This document shows, one piece after another, positions 52,494-53,757 of a stretch of 53,757 nt of DNA (the stretch's first letter is position 1; each line of letters starts with the position of its first letter). The notes under the pieces were generated by a model. That model worked only from the letters and a program-made list of their open reading frames with translations. It was not told where the DNA came from and did no database searches. Both the position numbers and the translations under genes were made by a program. This DNA is from a virus (lineage: Duplodnaviria; Caudoviricetes): IMG/VR virus record IMGVR_UViG_3300022742_000097, positions 1 to 53,757 of that record. One strand, given 5' to 3'.

Positions 52494-53431
52494 CAAGCCT
52501 CGCCCTCCTTGCCGTCCTCTTGGCGGCAGGCTGGTATTTCTACCGCCAGTGGCGGTATACGCGCTTTGAGGCCCTTCACCATCCTGGCCATCCCCAGTAT
52601 TTCGGCGCTGCCCTTTGCGCCGTCTACCTGTTTGCATTTGCAGCTCCGTTGCATGCAGTCGCGACTTCCAGTGGGTTTTACAACGCAGGGTTGATCAGCC
52701 TGCAGCATTTGTTCCCCCTCCAAGCAAGTGAGCACCAGAAGGCCGAAGGGCTCACCTTGCATTTGGCACTGACGCTTCTCACGCTCCCACTGGCTGCACT
52801 GCTCCCCATACTGTTCAACATCCCGCTGATACGGACGCGCTCCCTCGCCCAATTAGTCGCCATGCGACATGGCGCAATTGACGAGTTGGAAAGTCTCGCC
52901 ATCAAGTGCGAAGGAGATGGCACGCTTTGTGGGCTGACCCTTGACAGCGGAAAGTTCTACGTCGGTCTTCTCGAGGCGTTCACTGGACCACGCCTGGGCA
53001 AGGAATGGGTGGCAATGACGCCCGTGGCCTCGGGCTACCGGAACGACACAGGGTCACTGCGCCTGACCACCTTCTACGACATCCAACTCCCTACCGAGAA
53101 ATCCAGGGAAGTCTTCAAGGTCGTCATTTCGACAAAGGAAATTGTGTCTGCGCAATCCTTTGACCTGGCTCTTTACCAAGAATTTCAGGCACCAGAAATC
53201 GAGCTCGAAGGAGTAGACCCTGAGGAAGAGGAAGAACAGGCGCCGAACACCACCCCTCAGGTCGTCAATGGGTCGTCGTCAGAGAGGACTCGCTACTTTC
53301 TTTACCTAGCCTTGCCCGGGTTCCTTCTGCTTGCCCCCTATGCTGCTCTGATCCACTCCAGCACAGCCGGTTGGTGGTGCATTCTCATCGCTGGATTGAG
53401 CGCAAAATTTGCCGAGCGTTTGCGCTCCTAA
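52490..53431 (+). CDS. Multi-TM protein with an internal beta-rich soluble domain
   Basis: About three N-terminal TMs, LTLDSGKFYVG...PVASGYR...SFD domain, two C-terminal TMs. Confidence 0.75.
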   Translation: MTSLALLAVLLAAGWYFYRQWRYTRFEALHHPGHPQYFGAALCAVYLFAFAAPLHAVATSSGFYNAGLISLQHLFPLQASEHQKAEGLTLHLALTLLTLPLAALLPILFNIPLIRTRSLAQLVAMRHGAIDELESLAIKCEGDGTLCGLTLDSGKFYVGLLEAFTGPRLGKEWVAMTPVASGYRNDTGSLRLTTFYDIQLPTEKSREVFKVVISTKEIVSAQSFDLALYQEFQAPEIELEGVDPEEEEEQAPNTTPQVVNGSSSERTRYFLYLALPGFLLLAPYAALIHSSTAGWWCILIAGLSAKFAERLRS

Positions 53432-53496
53432 GAGCAGTCTCAGTCCATGAGATGACCCCATGATCAGATGGGCAGGAGCCTCCAGGAAATCTGCCC

Positions 53497-53757
53497 ATGA
53501 AACTGCAAGGCGCTGTTGTGAATGAACAAGGCGTTACATTCGCCATCGTCGTCGTCAAGCAATCGGCTACCCAGACCTCTGCATCGGCGAGCAACGCTCG
53601 CGGCGCATTCCAACCCTGCTTTCCCGGCCTTCCACTCGTTCTTGCCTCGCAAGACGCGCGTGGACGCTTCACGTATCAAGGTCGGAAGGACATTGTGGCG
53701 TTCTTGTCACGGATTGATCCGTCTCGCATTCCCTGGAAGGAATACACGTTCTCCTAA
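53497..53757 (+). CDS. Small hypothetical protein
   Basis: 86-aa ORF with AGGA SD. Confidence 0.7.
   Translation: MKLQGAVVNEQGVTFAIVVVKQSATQTSASASNARGAFQPCFPGLPLVLASQDARGRFTYQGRKDIVAFLSRIDPSRIPWKEYTFS

Larger units (their letters stand above)
45236..53757. mobile_element. Integrative mobilizable element (MOBQ), continues beyond the window
   Basis: att fragment, oriT, relaxase, TraD-like gene, RM cargo; no integrase within the window. Confidence 0.75.

Overview
GC-rich gammaproteobacterial chromosome, probably Stenotrophomonas or another Xanthomonadaceae member (inferred from the tmRNA tag ANDDNYALAA and gene style). smpB is at 1-504. An apparently complete ~43.3 kb temperate podovirus-type prophage (1387-44664) is integrated at the 3' end of tmRNA (ssrA, 44651-45004, minus strand), bounded by a 15-bp direct repeat. 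It carries a P4-like integrase, a lambdoid CI/Cro switch, RecT/SSB, replication and nin-like genes, terminase/portal/capsid/tail/ejection genes, a P22 immI-like antirepressor region, a lysis cassette, tail-fibre genes and a SRAP gene. About 230 bp past ssrA a second element begins at a tRNA-Ser 3'-end duplication (45236-45252) and runs off the window. It has a MOBQ relaxase, oriT, a TraD-like gene, a type IV pilin-type Cys-repeat adhesin, a BglII-like/MT-A70 restriction-modification pair and unknown genes. Best novelty candidates: (1) a DUF3800-like gene behind CI facing a convergent ~68-nt structured RNA with its own promoter and terminator; (2) a mobilizable element carrying its own pilin-type adhesin; (3) an Mnt-position RHH protein ending in an SSB-type acidic tail; (4) an in-frame repeat/spacer modular gene and other shared linkers in the accessory genes; (5) a four-copy late-promoter motif with no recognisable Q gene. 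All protein family calls are from motif recognition by eye; no searches were run.
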